A stretch of DNA of 64,000 bases from assembly GCF_009914755.1 (NCBI RefSeq), contig NC_060936.1; one strand, written 5' to 3'. The notes under the pieces were generated by a model. That model saw only the letters and a program-made list of their open reading frames with translations. It made no database searches and was not told the DNA's origin. Numbering within the stretch: position 1 is the first letter of the stretch; each line of letters starts with the position of its first letter. The translations under genes were made by a program, and so were the position numbers. Positions 1-26,501 of this stretch are shown piece after piece. The DNA comes from the human T2T-CHM13v2.0 reference genome, Homo sapiens.

Positions 1-23
1 TGGGCAGGCTGAGAATTGCAATT

Positions 24-92
24 TTATATATACATACATATAGAGAGAGGGGATAGAGATAGAGAGAGAGAGAGACAGAGACATAAACACAC
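24..92 (+). repeat. Compound (TA)/(GA)/(CA) microsatellite at an Alu tail
   Basis: TATATATATACATACATATAGAGAGAG...ACACAC. Confidence 0.8.
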
Positions 93-3960
<3,868 letters not shown>

Positions 3961-4035
3961 CTTAGTAACATATGAGATGTGTGTAATGACTGGGAGAGAA
4001 GACATCTAAGAAGACACCTGGGGGACTAGACAGAA

Positions 4036-5927
4036 GAGCAGCTCTCAAAGTGTGGCCTGGAACCCCTGGGAATCCCCAAGACTTTCATGGAAACTACATG
4101 GTCAAAACCATTTTCAGAGTAGTAGTAAAACCCTGTTTGTCTTTTTCACTGTCATGCTCTCATGGGTGTATGGTAGCATTTTCCAGAAGATATATGAAAT
4201 GGAATATTGTAACTAATTTGAATGAAAATGCAGTTATGAGAATCCAGCTGTCTTCTATTAGTACCATCATTAAAAATAATTACAAAAATAAAAAAAATGC
4301 CACATTTCTCACCACATTTTGTTGCTGCTGTTTTGTAAAAAGTTATTTTTCATACAAATTTATGTTAACATGCAATAGGTTTGAGAGGTGACAGCGTGCT
4401 GGCAGCGCTCGCAGCCCTCCCTCGCTCTGGGGGCCTCCTCTGCCTGGGCTCCCACTTTGGCGGCACTTGAGGAGCCCTTCAGCCCACCGCTGCACTGTGG
4501 GAGCTCCTTCCTGGGCTCGCCGAGGCGGGAGCCGGCTCCCTCAGCTTGCGGGGAGGTGTGGACGGAGAGGCACGGGCGGGAACCGAGGCTGCCCATGGCG
4601 CTTGCGGGCCAGCACGAGTTCCGGGTGGGAGTGGGCTCGGCAGGCTCCGCACTCGGAGAGGCCAGCCGGCCCCGCCCACCAGGGCAGTGAGGGGCTTAGC
4701 ACCTGGGCAAGCAGCTGCTGTGCTCGACTTCTTGCCGGGCCTTAGCTGCCTCCCCTCGGGGCAGGGCTTGGGACCTGCAGCCCGCCATGCCTGAGCCTCC
4801 CCCCGCTTCTGTGGGCTCCTGCGCAGCCTGAGCCTCCCTGACGAGCGCCGCCCCCTGCTCCACCGCGCCCAGTCCCACGGACAGCCTAAGGGCTGAGCAG
4901 TGCAGGCCCACTGTGCAGGACTCGCAGGCAGCTCCACCTGCGGCCCCAGTGCAGGATCCACTGGGTGAAGCCAGCTGGGCTCCTAAGTCTGGTGGGGACT
5001 TGGAGAATCTTTATGTCTAGCTAAGGGATTGTAAATACACCAATCAGCACTCTGTATCTAGCTCAAGGTTTGTAAACTCACCAATCAGCACCCTGTGTCT
5101 AGCTCAGGGTTTGTGAATGCACCAATTGGCACTTGGTATCTAGTTAATCTGGTGGGGACTTGGAGAACCTTTATGTCTAGCTAAGGAGTTGTGAATGCAC
5201 CTTTGGCACTCTGTATCTAGCTCAAGGTTTGTAAATACACCAATCAACACTCTGTATCTAGCTAATCTAGTGGGCTGCATATAGCTAATCTAGTGGGGAC
5301 GTGGAGAACTTTTGTGTCTAGCTCAGGGACTGTAAATGCACCAATCAGCTCTCTGTAAAATGGACCAATCAGCAGGATATGGGTGGGGTCAGATAAGAGA
5401 ATAAAAGCAGGCTGCCCGAGCCACCAGTGGCAACCGGCTGGGGTCCCCTTCCACACTGTGGAAGCTTTGTTCTTTCGCTCTTTGCAATAAATCTTGCTGC
5501 TGCTCACTCTTTGGGTCCACACTGCCTTTATGAGCTGTAACACTCACCGCAAAGGTCTGTAGCTTCACTCCTGAAGCCAGCGAGACCACGAACCCACCAG
5601 AAGGAAGAAACTCCGAACACATCCGAGCATCAGAAGGAACAAACTCCAGACACACCGCCTTTAAGAACTGTGACACTCACCGCAAGGGTCCGTGGCTTCA
5701 TTCTTGAAGTCAGTGAGACCAAGAACCCACCAATTCTGGACAAAGGTTTACTGTCACTTTTAGTAAATTTATACTTTTTAAAAATAGGTATTTTAAATTT
5801 TCTCAGTTTTAACTTCTAATCATTAATATTTAATGTTATAACTCACAAAGACAAAAGCTCTCTGGAGATTTCAATCATTTTTAAGAGTGTTAAGGGGTTC
5901 TGATACCAGAAAGTTTGAGAACCACTG
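4036..5927 (+). mobile_element. Charlie1b-like hAT DNA transposon, split by the LTR12C
   Basis: 5' CTCTCAAAGTGTGG, internal ATGAGAATCCAGCTGTCTTCTATTA, and 3' TIR AAAGTTTGAGAACCACTG. The two halves join continuously across the LTR. Confidence 0.8.
4382..5744 (+). mobile_element. Solo LTR12C-type (ERV9/HERV9) LTR
   Basis: Starts TGAGAGGTGACAGCGTGCTGGCAG and ends AAGAACCCACCAATTCTGGACAAA. GC-rich U3, tandem CCAATCAGCAC repeats (~5000-5375), AATAAAA TATA-equivalent (~5400), AATAAA (~5486). TSD GGTT at 4378-4381 and 5745-5748. Confidence 0.92.
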
Positions 5928-6183
5928 AGTGAATAATATTTCTACTCACTGAAATATGAATACTGAAGAAGAAACCAGTTTGGAAAGAAAAAGTTCTGTT
6001 TCATACATAATAAATATGTTATGCCCATGGGCGGACAAAAAGTGTCCAATGGATAGTTACACCAGTGGAACTGGAAATCTAGAACACCAAACTGAGAGTA
6101 GTTGAAACCTTGGATTTTAAACAGGGTCACAGAGGGAGAAAACACAATGAAAACAGTGGCAGAGTAACCAAAGAAAAGGCTAG

Positions 6184-6535
<352 letters not shown>

Positions 6536-6561
6536 TAAAGGGATAAAGAAGAGGAGTATTT

Positions 6562-7018
6562 TGAGTGGCAACTATCTGGGGCCAGTGTCATGCAGGCAGT
6601 AAAAAGAATTTACCAAGACAGTTGTAGGTAAAGAAAGGCATATTTATTTATTAGCGAAAGTAGGAAAATATGTTGTAAGAAAGCAAACGACAAGTCAGCA
6701 AGAGAAGAACTGGCTGCCAGGAGACACAAAGGCTTGCTTGCTGGGGATTCTATAAGATGGTGCTTGTGCTGTGTGCTGAAGAGGGTTAATGATAACACCT
6801 TGTGCAGTACTGACAATGTCAAGGTTGCAGTGAGCTAACTTGCATTTTTCTATCAGCTGAGGGTCTGGTGATAGCTGGGTGCAGGAAGATTATGAGTTAT
6901 TTGCGCAGGAGGGCTATGTGTCCTGGACCACGAAGGCAGTTACAGCTTATCTGCTTTCTCTTTTTGCATTCCCTTGGTCCCGCCAGCCTGACTCCTTTTC
7001 CCGAATTAGGACTCCACA
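6562..7018 (-). mobile_element. Solo ERV LTR (LTR42/LTR47-like; family tentative)
   Basis: Minus strand starts TGTGGAGTCCTAATTCGGGAAAAGGAGTCAGGCTGG, has TATA-like TATAGAAT and AATAAA, ends in CA, and is ~450 bp. Confidence 0.65.
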
Positions 7019-8369
7019 TGGAAGAGGCTTCCATATGGAGGGGGAAAAAGTTATAAAAATGAGAAATAAAATAAAATGTAAGAGGACATCACTAGCTATA
7101 AATTAAAGAAAAAAAAGATGGTCAGGGCTTTGAAGAAAAGAAAAAACAGCAAAAACCGAATCCATAACTAGTAGTGGGAGATACAGAATGAAAAAATGAA
7201 ATCCAGCATTAACTCCAAAATCTGATTTTCACCAAATATTTCAATCCTTTCTCATATAATACTTTTTTTCTTATCAGGGTTACTAATAAACAACAGAATG
7301 GTTTTGGACTCATCTCCTTTGCCTTCTTGGTCTACCCTCCAGAGGAAATGCAAACAAGAAGGAAAATAACCAAAAGGATAGAGATGGGAGGAAAAGGAAA
7401 GATCCCCTGAAACGTTAGGAGGGAAGTGACTGATGCAGTGACTCAATGAAGAGACATTCGTTCATGCAGCAAATAACTACTGAGTAACCACTTGCAAAGC
7501 ACCATGATAGGCAATGTTGAAAATAGCTGACTAATATACAAAGCTATACCCAGGTTCATCAGCAGAAGCAACAGGCTGGAAATACAAATAAAACTCTACT
7601 GGTAAGACGAGCACAGAGGCAGCTCTATTCCAAAGGTGGTTCTAGGAGATGACTCCAAGAGCTCAAAGTCATCTAATTATTGAAAAGTGGCCTAATTCCA
7701 GAAAATAACTCCAAAGGAATATTTCAAATGTTTGATAGCCTGTGGCAATGCCATGTCTTGCTGAGTTTTTTACACAGATAAGCACACCTTGGAATACACA
7801 GATAAATCTTTAAGAAATCTTAGTATATACACTACATTGTCAAACTCTGATCTAAGCTCTAAAACAAATAATAAAGCTCAGAGAGAATTACCTAGCCAGA
7901 TGCACTTAGGTTGGAAAGGCTGCTTTAATTGGTCAACCTACCCTTTAAATGTAGAAGTTGTGATTTTATAAACATGACCATATTTTTTAACAAAGAATAA
8001 AAAGATTAGAATAGAAAAAAAGCATATGATAACACCCAGAATTCAGCATTATATCCAAAAAGAACCCTGAACAAGAAAGGATATATTATCATGCACAAGC
8101 TGTCACTAAAATATTTTCACACCATCATCTTGTGCTATGGTAGCTGACCTACTTCTAGCTCTAAGCCTGTATCTGATTGATTTGCAATTTTCTGGAATTA
8201 TGTGGGCTTCAAGAGACACTGAACAACATCAGAAGTATCTTTTTTGTCTGAGCTCTATTTGGCTGCCGTTCCCTTTTCAAGAATTCGAGAAACAAAGGAA
8301 TTATTGGATAGTAGTCAGTAACAATAGGTGTAATAATGCTAATGAAAACTTTACAGGTTGGGGGAGGGG

Positions 8370-12860
<4,491 letters not shown>

Positions 12861-14003
12861 CAGAGAAAGAAAAATAGGACAAATGTATTAATGCTGGCCA
12901 CTCAATAACTGATATGATAGTACTGCAATTAATGTAATCTGTATATAAGCATTTAAATGCACCAAGAAGGGTCCTATAAGCAACTCTAATAAGGCTTCTT
13001 AAAGGTGAAAATACCTGTGAACAGTATCTCAAGCGGGAAGAAATCATGAGATTTCTGTTATCTATATTAATCACCTCTTAAGAAAGAATTCCCTAGTTAT
13101 ACATATTTAACTTATATGGATATTCATGCAAATACATTTTAACTATTTCAAAACATTTTATCTACTTTATAAAAAATTATAAGGCTGGGCGCGGTGGCTC
13201 ACGCCTGTAAACCCAGCACTTTGGGAGGCCAAGGCGGGTGGATCACAAGGTCAGGAGTTCAAGACCAGCCTGGCCAACATGGTGAAACCCGTCTCTACTA
13301 AAAATACAAAAAAAATTAGCTGGGCATGGTGGTGGGCGCCTGTAATCCCAGCATCTAGGGAGGCTGAGGCAGGAGAATCATTTGAACTCAGGAGGCACAG
13401 GTTGCTGAGATCACGCCATTGCACTCCAGCCTGGGCCACAGGGCAAGACTCCGTTTCAAAAAAAATTAAAAAAAATTAGAGCCGGGCACGGTGGCTCACG
13501 CCTGTAATCCCAGCACTTTAAGGCTGAGGCGGCCAGGTCACCTAAGGTCGGGAGTTCCAGACCAGCCTGACCAACACGGAGAAACGCTGCCTCTATTAAA
13601 AATACAAAACTAGCCGGGCGTGGTGGTGCATGCCTGTAATCCCAGCAACTCGGGAAGCTGAGGCGGGAGAATCGCTTGAACCCGGGAGCGGAGGTTGCGG
13701 TGAGTTGAGATGGCGCCACTGCACTCCAGCCTTGGCAAAAAGAGCAAAACTTCATCTCAAAAAAAAAAAGGTGATCTGCCCACCTCAGCCTCCCAAAGTG
13801 CTGGGATTACAGGTGTGAGCCACCTCGCCTGGCACTGAACTCACTCTTGATGCACTCTCTGCATCTCAATTTCTTCATCTACTAAATGGGTACAATAACA
13901 CTTCCAACACCATGGAGTTGTGTGAGGATTAAATGAGAACAGATGTATAACAATTTGTTGCCTGGAACACAGAAAGTGCTCCATAAATGTTATCTATTAT
14001 TAC

Positions 14004-14073
14004 CTGAATAAATGCTCAGCCTCCATGAGTCCAGTGCTGGAATGGCATCACATATAAGAAACAAGTCTAACCT
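14004..14073 (-). other. R3HDM2: 70-nt 5'UTR exon, probably R3HDM2 exon 2
   Basis: On the minus strand: branch-like TTTTAAC, long pyrimidine tract (T11 CCCCCTCCTCCCC), acceptor CAG|AGG, and donor CAG|GTAATA. It is a unique-sequence island among Alus. Confidence 0.8.
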
Positions 14074-14363
14074 CTGGGGGAGGAGGGGGAAAAAAAAAAA
14101 CAAGTTAAAAGCAATTTTAAACCTTAATATATTAGATCCAATTCAAAATCCACAGCAGCACCTGTTAATATCATCTTTCCCAATTTCTTCAGCTCACAAT
14201 GTTTCCCCTAACACTGCCCCTGCCCTGAACCCTCTATATCCATTCCCACTGTCAATTTACAATTAAAAAAACCCTGCATTTTGTTCCTCTCTACATTAAC
14301 TCCCTCTTTGTATGAGCAGTTCTTGGCCTACCACTTTCTAACATAAATTAATCACCCAGTCTA

Positions 14364-15364
<1,001 letters not shown>

Positions 15365-16655
15365 TGTCTAGAACTGAGCAAACAAAACTAGGATCTCTCT
15401 TAATAGATGAGAAGTAGAAGCAAAAAGAGGCCAGAGGCAGAATTTTATTCTGTGAATATAAGTAGGCATTACAAGTACATAATTTAGTATCTCTTCACCC
15501 TAAAAGCAGTAGTTATTATTATTACAAGACCCTGAGGGCTGGCTGTTTAATCTATTTCAGGAGGCCACCATTGGAACCCTTAATATGCCCAAGTCAGTCT
15601 GTATTCTTGGAAGCCTTCAAAACACCCAAGCCCTACTGTGTTCTATGCTAAAGTGAGAATATCCCTAACTCACCATTTTGTTTTATATAACCCTGTTCCA
15701 CAAATACCACATCATGAAAGTCTGCCCTCTTGATATCTTAACAAAGGTTTCTATGAAAAAGTTCTAGTTTTTTTTTATAGCCCCTGCACATCACGGTTTT
15801 GACATTAGGAATGTGGAGTAGTTGGCTAAAGTTGCGAAGGAATGGCCAGAGGATATTGCCTTTCCCCTTTTCACCACTAGTGCTGGTCCTAAAACACTCC
15901 TCCTGTGGTAAACTTTTTCCCATGTAATACCTTGTTCCCCCCTATGCAAAATATTTACTAGTTTCCTTTCCCCATTGGCACTCAAGCCATTCCCAGATAC
16001 ATCTAATTTTTAAGTGGGCACAGTGGGTTCACACTAAGAGCTTTGTCACACCAAGAGTTCACTCTCTAATTCTGATTAAGAGAATCAAGAGCAACATAAT
16101 TTTGACTTTCTTGCCCTAATTGTAATCATATCATAATTAAAAGTGAAATACTGTGGGCCGGGCACAGTGGCTCACGCCTATAATCCCAGCACTTTGGGAG
16201 GCTAAGGCGGGCGAATCACGAGCTCAGGAGTTCGAGACCAGCCTGGCCAACACGGTGAAACCCCGTCTCTACTAAAAATACAAAAATTAGCTGGGCATGG
16301 TGGTGGGCACCTGTAATTCCAGCTACTCAGGAGGCTGAAGCAGGAAATCGCTTGAAACTGGTGGTGGGGGTGGGCAGGGGAGAGGGGCAGAGGTTGTAAT
16401 GAGCCGAAATCATGCCACTTCACTCCAGCAGCCTAGGCAAAAGAGCGAGACTCTGCCTCAAAAAAAAAAAAAGAAAAAGAAAAAGAAATATTTTATTACC
16501 TTGTTCGTATCTGTACCTGCAATTCTAAACAGTGTCTGACACATGATAAGCACTGAAACAGTTTTCTAATTGTTTGGTGCATTTACAAAGCTAAGAAGTT
16601 ACTTCCTCTGAGGTAAACTTGGGTTTCTTAAGGTGTTTAAAACTTATTTGTATAG

Positions 16656-17148
<493 letters not shown>

Positions 17149-17541
17149 TGAGGCAGCAGCAATTGTCAAAGATCTGGCTACCAGCATAGCATTGAAGAGT
17201 GCTTCACAGCTTAGAACCATTTAGGCTAAATTGACCCAAGTAGCAAACACCTATAAGAGAATCACTGCTGATAAGACTTCTATGAAGGATTCCAAATGTC
17301 TTAAAGATAACTTCACAGGAGTGGAAAGGAGCTGAACTCAGCCATCTGACTACTGAAGCGTTCTATAAACCTTTAGGCCAGGCACGGTGGCTCACACTTG
17401 TAATCCCAGCACTTTGGGAGGCCGAGGTGGGTGGATCAGGAGGTCAGGAGTTTGAGACCAGCCTGGCTGGCGTGGTGAAACACCGTCTCTACTAAAAATA
17501 CAAAAATTAGCGGGGCATGGTGGCGTGCACCTGTAATCTCA

Positions 17542-17745
<204 letters not shown>

Positions 17746-18269
17746 TTAGCAGCCAACATCCATCTTTTGCAATAAAATGCCACCTCTTAGTTCCTATTTC
17801 TATCAAATTATCACAGGTTTAGGCAATAGATAAGTCAGAAACTACAGTTAACTTGTCTAGGACCCAAGACAATTAATAAAACTTACTTGGAGAAGCAGCA
17901 TAGCCTCTAGTCACCTGAAGACAAGTTTTAAAGATCCTAACAACTGGTAACACTTGGGCACACCAAAATGGCTGTAATCTGAAAAACAGCCACATGCCAC
18001 TTCTAATGGTGTCATTATACTAAAAGTGACCTTCCCCCCTGAAAGTTTTTAAAGTAAGCTAAATCTTGAACAATGACTCCTACTCTTCTCTAAAATAGGA
18101 GCTATGACAGCTACCTTAATGGGATGCCCGATAAACTCAGGGCAAGGGGCTCACTGTGCTGACATTCTCACCTCACCTAGGACTTCCGCTGATTCATCCT
18201 GATGGACTGACAAGTCACTGACTTGCCAAAGAATCTTGTTTATTTCACATATAAAAACACTGTCTACTC

Positions 18270-18862
18270 CAGTGTGGCGATTCCTCAGGGATCTAGAACT
18301 AGAAATACCATTTGACCCAGCCATCCCATTACTGGGTATATACCCAAAGGATTATAAATCATGCTGCTATAAAGACACATGGACATGTATGTTTATTGTG
18401 GCACCATTCACAATAGCAAAGACTTGGAACCAACCCAAATGTCCAACAATGATAGACTGGATTAAGAAAATGTGGCACATATACACCATGGAATACTATG
18501 CAGCCATAAAAAAATGATGAGTTCATGTCCTTTGTAAGGACATCGATGAAGCTGGAAACCATCATTCTCAGCAAACTATCGCAAGGACAAAACACCAAAC
18601 ACCGCATGTTCTCACTCATAGGTGGGAATTGAACAATGAGAACACTTGGACACAGGAAGGGGAACATCACACACCGGGGCCTGTTGTGGGGTGGGGGGAA
18701 GGGGGAGGGATAGCATTAGGAGATATACCTAACGTAAATGACGAGTTAATGGGTGCAGCACACCATCATGGCACATGTATACATATATAACAAACCCGCA
18801 CGTTGTGCACATGTACCCTAGAACTTAAAGTATAATAAAAATATATATTAAAAAAAAACAAT
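18270..18862 (+). mobile_element. 5'-truncated L1PA (approx. L1PA3-5): ORF2 C-terminus, 3'UTR and A-tail
   Basis: VWRFLRDLELEIPFDPAIPLLGIYPKDYKSCCYKD is the L1 ORF2p C-terminus, followed by a G-rich 3'UTR. Perfect 15-bp TSD AAACACTGTCTACTC at 18255-18269 and 18863-18877. Confidence 0.95.
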
Positions 18863-19374
18863 AAACACTGTCTACTCAAGACAACTACCATCCAGACACC
18901 TTCTGCTCCTGCAGCAGAGCCCTTCCCTCTCTGACTTCATGGAGCAACTAGCAACAACAAAATACATATGTATATTTCAGGTCAATATTAGTAACTCTCT
19001 ATAACTAACAAGCCATAAAGGGCTGGAAACAGAGCCCATAAAAGGACCAGAGTGTTAACCCTCAGAAATTGCCAATTTTTCAAAGAGATCAAAATCACCT
19101 GGGGAAGAAACAATAGCTTTTCAGCATTAACAGATGTTTGGTATTATTACGGTAATCTGAAAAATAGTTGCTAAGCTGGGACCTGAAAATATCAGTCCCC
19201 AGCCACACCAAATAATCACAGAAATATTTAAGTAAGTAAGCTTTGTTCTAACATGAACTTCAAAAAGAAAGACAAGTCAGGGCAATAAAAACAAGCAGAA
19301 AACATCCATTTCATTTAAAAAGAATGAAAGAGAGAAAGGGAAGGAGAAAAAGAGGAATAATAAAGAACTATGCC

Positions 19375-19830
19375 CATGTTTAACATGGCCACAGTTATGT
19401 GTAACAATTCCCATAAAGAAGTGCAGTTCGTCTCAAAAAAAAAAAGAGTGTAGTTCATTTCCCCACCCCTTGAATATGAGCTGGCCTTGTGACTTGCTTC
19501 AACCATCAGAGTGCAGCATGAATGACACTGCGACCACCGAGCCCAGGCCTCAAGAGGCCGTTCAGTTTCCACTCAAAACCTCTTGGAACCTAACCATCAT
19601 GCAAAGAAGCCAAGCCAGCCTGCAAGAGGCCATACCAACCTAGAGGACAGCTCTAGCCCAATGCTAGACATGTGAATGAGGCTATCCAGGTCCAACCAGC
19701 CCCTAGCTAACGTGCCAACTGAACACAAATGAGTGAGCCCAGCCAAAACCATGTGGAATAGAGGCAAACTGTGACAGAGTCTTGCTCAAATTGCCAGCCC
19801 ACTTAAATCATAAACAAAGAATGCAGCTGA
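19375..19830 (+). mobile_element. MLT1 (MaLR) LTR
   Basis: CCCCTTGAATATGAGCTGGCCTTGTGACTTGCTT...CCCAGGCCTCAAGAGGCC motifs typical of the MLT1F/G group. Confidence 0.65.
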
Positions 19831-19944
19831 CCATTGAACAAAATAGATTTATTACGAATGATAAAAATCGAGCTCTCAAGTGAAAATCAGAATTTTGAAA
19901 ATCATGTAATCACTATGATGAGCTTGACAGTTTCTCAATACTTA

Positions 19945-20070
<126 letters not shown>

Positions 20071-20127
20071 CTACTAAAAATACAAAAATTAGCTGGGTGT
20101 GGTGGCAGGCACCTGTAGTCCCAGCTA

Positions 20128-20673
<546 letters not shown>

Positions 20674-21483
20674 TCATTGCAACCTCCACCTCCTGGGTTC
20701 AAGAAATTCTCATACCTCAGCCTCCCAAATAGCCATGCACCACCATGTCCAGCTAATTTTTATATTTTTAGTAGAGTTGGAGTTTCACCATGTTGGCCAG
20801 GCTGGTCTCAAACTCCTGGCCTCCCAGCCTGACCAAAATGGCGAAACCCCATCTCTACTAAAAATACAAAAATTAGCCAGGCGTGGTGGCAGGCGCTTGT
20901 AAATCTCAGCTACTCGGGAGGCTGAGGCGGGAGAATCACTTCAACCCGGGAGGCAGAGGCTGCAGTGAGCTGAGATCACAGCACTGTCCTCCAGTCTGGG
21001 CAACAAAGCAGGACTCTGTCTCCAAAAAAAAACTCCTGGCCTCAAGTGATCCACCTGCCTTGGCCTCCCAAAATGCTGGGATTACAGACATAAGCTACTG
21101 CAGCCAGCCAAAAATAAGGAAATTCTTGATGTATAATACTTAAAAGCTATATTGCTAAGTGAAAAAAGATGCAGAACCATTTTTGTAAAATGGGGGAAAA
21201 TATACATATACATACTTGCCTTTTTTATGCTTATCAATGCATATAAAGCACAAAAACTGGTAATAACAGTTGCCTCTGGAGAGAGGCGTAGGAAGTGACT
21301 GGTTTGGGGGTATAAGAGCAAGATGGGGCCAGGCACGGTGGCTCATACCTGTAATCCCAGCACTTTAGGAGGCTGAGGCGGGTGGATCACCTGAGGTTAG
21401 GAGTTCGAGACCAGTCTGACCAACATGGTGAAACCTCGTCTCTACTAAAAATACGAAACAATTTGCCGGGTGCTGGTGGCTCA

Positions 21484-21795
<312 letters not shown>

Positions 21796-22248
21796 TCACA
21801 CCTGTTACTCCAGCACTTTGGGAGACAGGGGCGGGTGTATTGCTTGAGCTCAGGAATTCGAGACCAGCCTGGGCAACATGGCAAAAACCCGTCTCTTCTA
21901 AAAATACCAAAAATTAGCTGAGTGTGGTGGCTCACACCTGTAGTCCCAGCTCAACTTGTGAGGCTGAGGTGGGAGGAGGGAGGATCGCCTGAGCCCAGGA
22001 GGTGGAGGCTGCAGTGAGCCAAGATGATGCCACTACACTCCAGCCTGGGCGACAGAGTGAGACTCTGTCTCAAAAAAAAAAAGGCAGGATGGAAACTCCA
22101 TTTCATACTTTTTTCTATCCTTAAAACTTTGAACCATATAAATGTAATACCAATTCAAACAGTAAATCCAAAAATGTATAAGAATTCTCATTTTACATAA
22201 GGAACAACTTCTCATATTTTCTCTAGTCTCAAAAAATATCCATCCCAT

Positions 22249-22278
22249 GTGCTTACTTTGGCAGCACATATACTAAAA
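22249..22278 (+). pseudogene. 3'-truncated U6 snRNA retrocopy (U6 nt 1-30) followed by an A-rich tail
   Basis: GTGCTTACTTTGGCAGCACATATACTAAAA versus U6 GTGCTCGCTTCGGCAGCACATATACTAAAA. The differences are CpG-decay type. Confidence 0.8.
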
Positions 22279-22295
22279 AAAAATAATAAAAATAA

Positions 22296-22643
<348 letters not shown>

Positions 22644-23919
22644 TAACTATAGGTTCAGCGCTACCTAAACAAGGTATCTAGCCAGGCACAGTGGCTCACA
22701 CCTGTAATCCCAGCACTTTGGGAGGCCGAGGAGGGCAGATCACGAGGTCAAGAGATCGAGACCATCCTGGCCAACATGGTGAAACCTCGTCTCTATTAAA
22801 AATAAAATTTAAAAAAATTAAATGGGCATGGTGGCGTGCGCCTGTAGTCCCAGCTACTCAACAGGCTGAAACAGAATCACTTGAACCCAGGAGGTGGAGG
22901 TTGCAGTGAGCCGAGATTGTGCCACTGCACTCCAGCCCGGCACCAGAGCGAGACTCTGTCTCAAAACAAAAACAAACAAACAAAAGAAAACAAGGTATCT
23001 AGGTCAGCCATGTTGGCTCACACCTGTAATCCCCATACTTTGAGGCTGAGGCAGGAGGATCACTTGAACGCAGGAGTTCAATACCAGCTTGAAAAACATA
23101 ATGAGACCCCATCTGTATTTGTAAAATACAGATTTTACAAAAAAATAAAACTTAAAAAAAAACAAGATATCTATAATTAATATGAGACAAAGATACCCAC
23201 CCACTATGAAACCTTTGAATCTTTAAGTAGGTTAACTAATGATTCTGGGGTAGGGTCAGAATTTTCATCTTTTACATTATATACTTTTTTCCTTTCTTTC
23301 TCTTTTTTCAAGACAGGGTCTCACTCTGTCGCCCCAGCTAGAGTACAGTGACATGATCATAGCTCACTGTAACCTCAACCTCCTGGGCTCGAGTAATCTT
23401 CCCACCTCAGCCTCCCAAGCAGCTAGGACTACAGGTATGTGTCACAGCACACTCAAGTAATTTAAAAAATTTTTTGTAGAAATGCGGGTCTCACTGTGTT
23501 GACTAGGCTGGCTTTTATACTTTAAAATCATTTAAATTTCTCATAATGAGTACATATTACTTTTGTAATTTGAAAAATGCAAATTTCTATATGATTGAAG
23601 ATGTTAAAGGAAAACCTACTGGCTGGGTGCAGTGGCTCATGCCTGTAATCTCAGAACTTTAGAAGGCCAAGACTGGAGCTTGAGATCAGGAGTTCGAGAC
23701 CAGCCTGGGCAACATAGTGAGACCTTGTCTCTACTAAAAATAACAAAAATTAGCTGGGCATGGTGGTGTGTGCTGTAGTCTCAGCTACTGGGGAGGCTGA
23801 GGTGGGAAGATGGCTTAAGCCTGGAAGATCAAGACTGCAGTGAGCTATGATCACACCACTGCACTACAGCCTCGGTGACAGAGTGAGACTGTCTCAAAAA
23901 AAGAAGACAGACCAACCTA

Positions 23920-25889
<1,970 letters not shown>

Positions 25890-26212
25890 TGAACTCCTGA
25901 CCTCGTGATCCACCCGCCTCGGCCTCCCAAAGTGCTGGGATTACAGGCATGAGCCACCACACCCAGCCTGGAATTATTATTTTAAACGGGCAATTGGTTT
26001 TTTAAAGTCCTTATTTTTGTGCGTGTTTTTTTGTTTTCTTTTGTAGAGAAAAGGGTCTCGCTCTGTTACCCAGGCTAGAGTGCAGTTGTAAAATCACGGC
26101 TCACTGCAGCCTGAAACTCCTGGGCTCAAACAATCCTCTCAGCTCAGCCTCCCACATAGCTGGGGACTACAGGTGCGTGCCACCACATCCAGCTAATTTT
26201 TTGTTTTTCTGA

Positions 26213-26317
<105 letters not shown>

Positions 26318-26375
26318 TGAGTAGCTGAAATTACAGGCGTTTGCCACCACGCCCAGCTAGTTTTTATTATTTTAG

Positions 26376-26501
<126 letters not shown>

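Noticed and set aside
5000-5375. Regularly spaced ~40-bp repeats resembling a CRISPR-like array
   Set aside because: These are the known ERV9 U3 tandem enhancer repeats, with no unique spacers, in a eukaryotic context.
4360-5676. ORFs in the GC-rich 4.4-5.0 kb region, and this region as a gene CpG island
   Set aside because: They lie within the LTR12C (or at its junction with the Charlie element), and the GC richness is intrinsic to its U3.
18236-18517. 93-aa ORF with a Cys-rich motif
   Set aside because: It is a fragment of L1 ORF2p from a 5'-truncated element.
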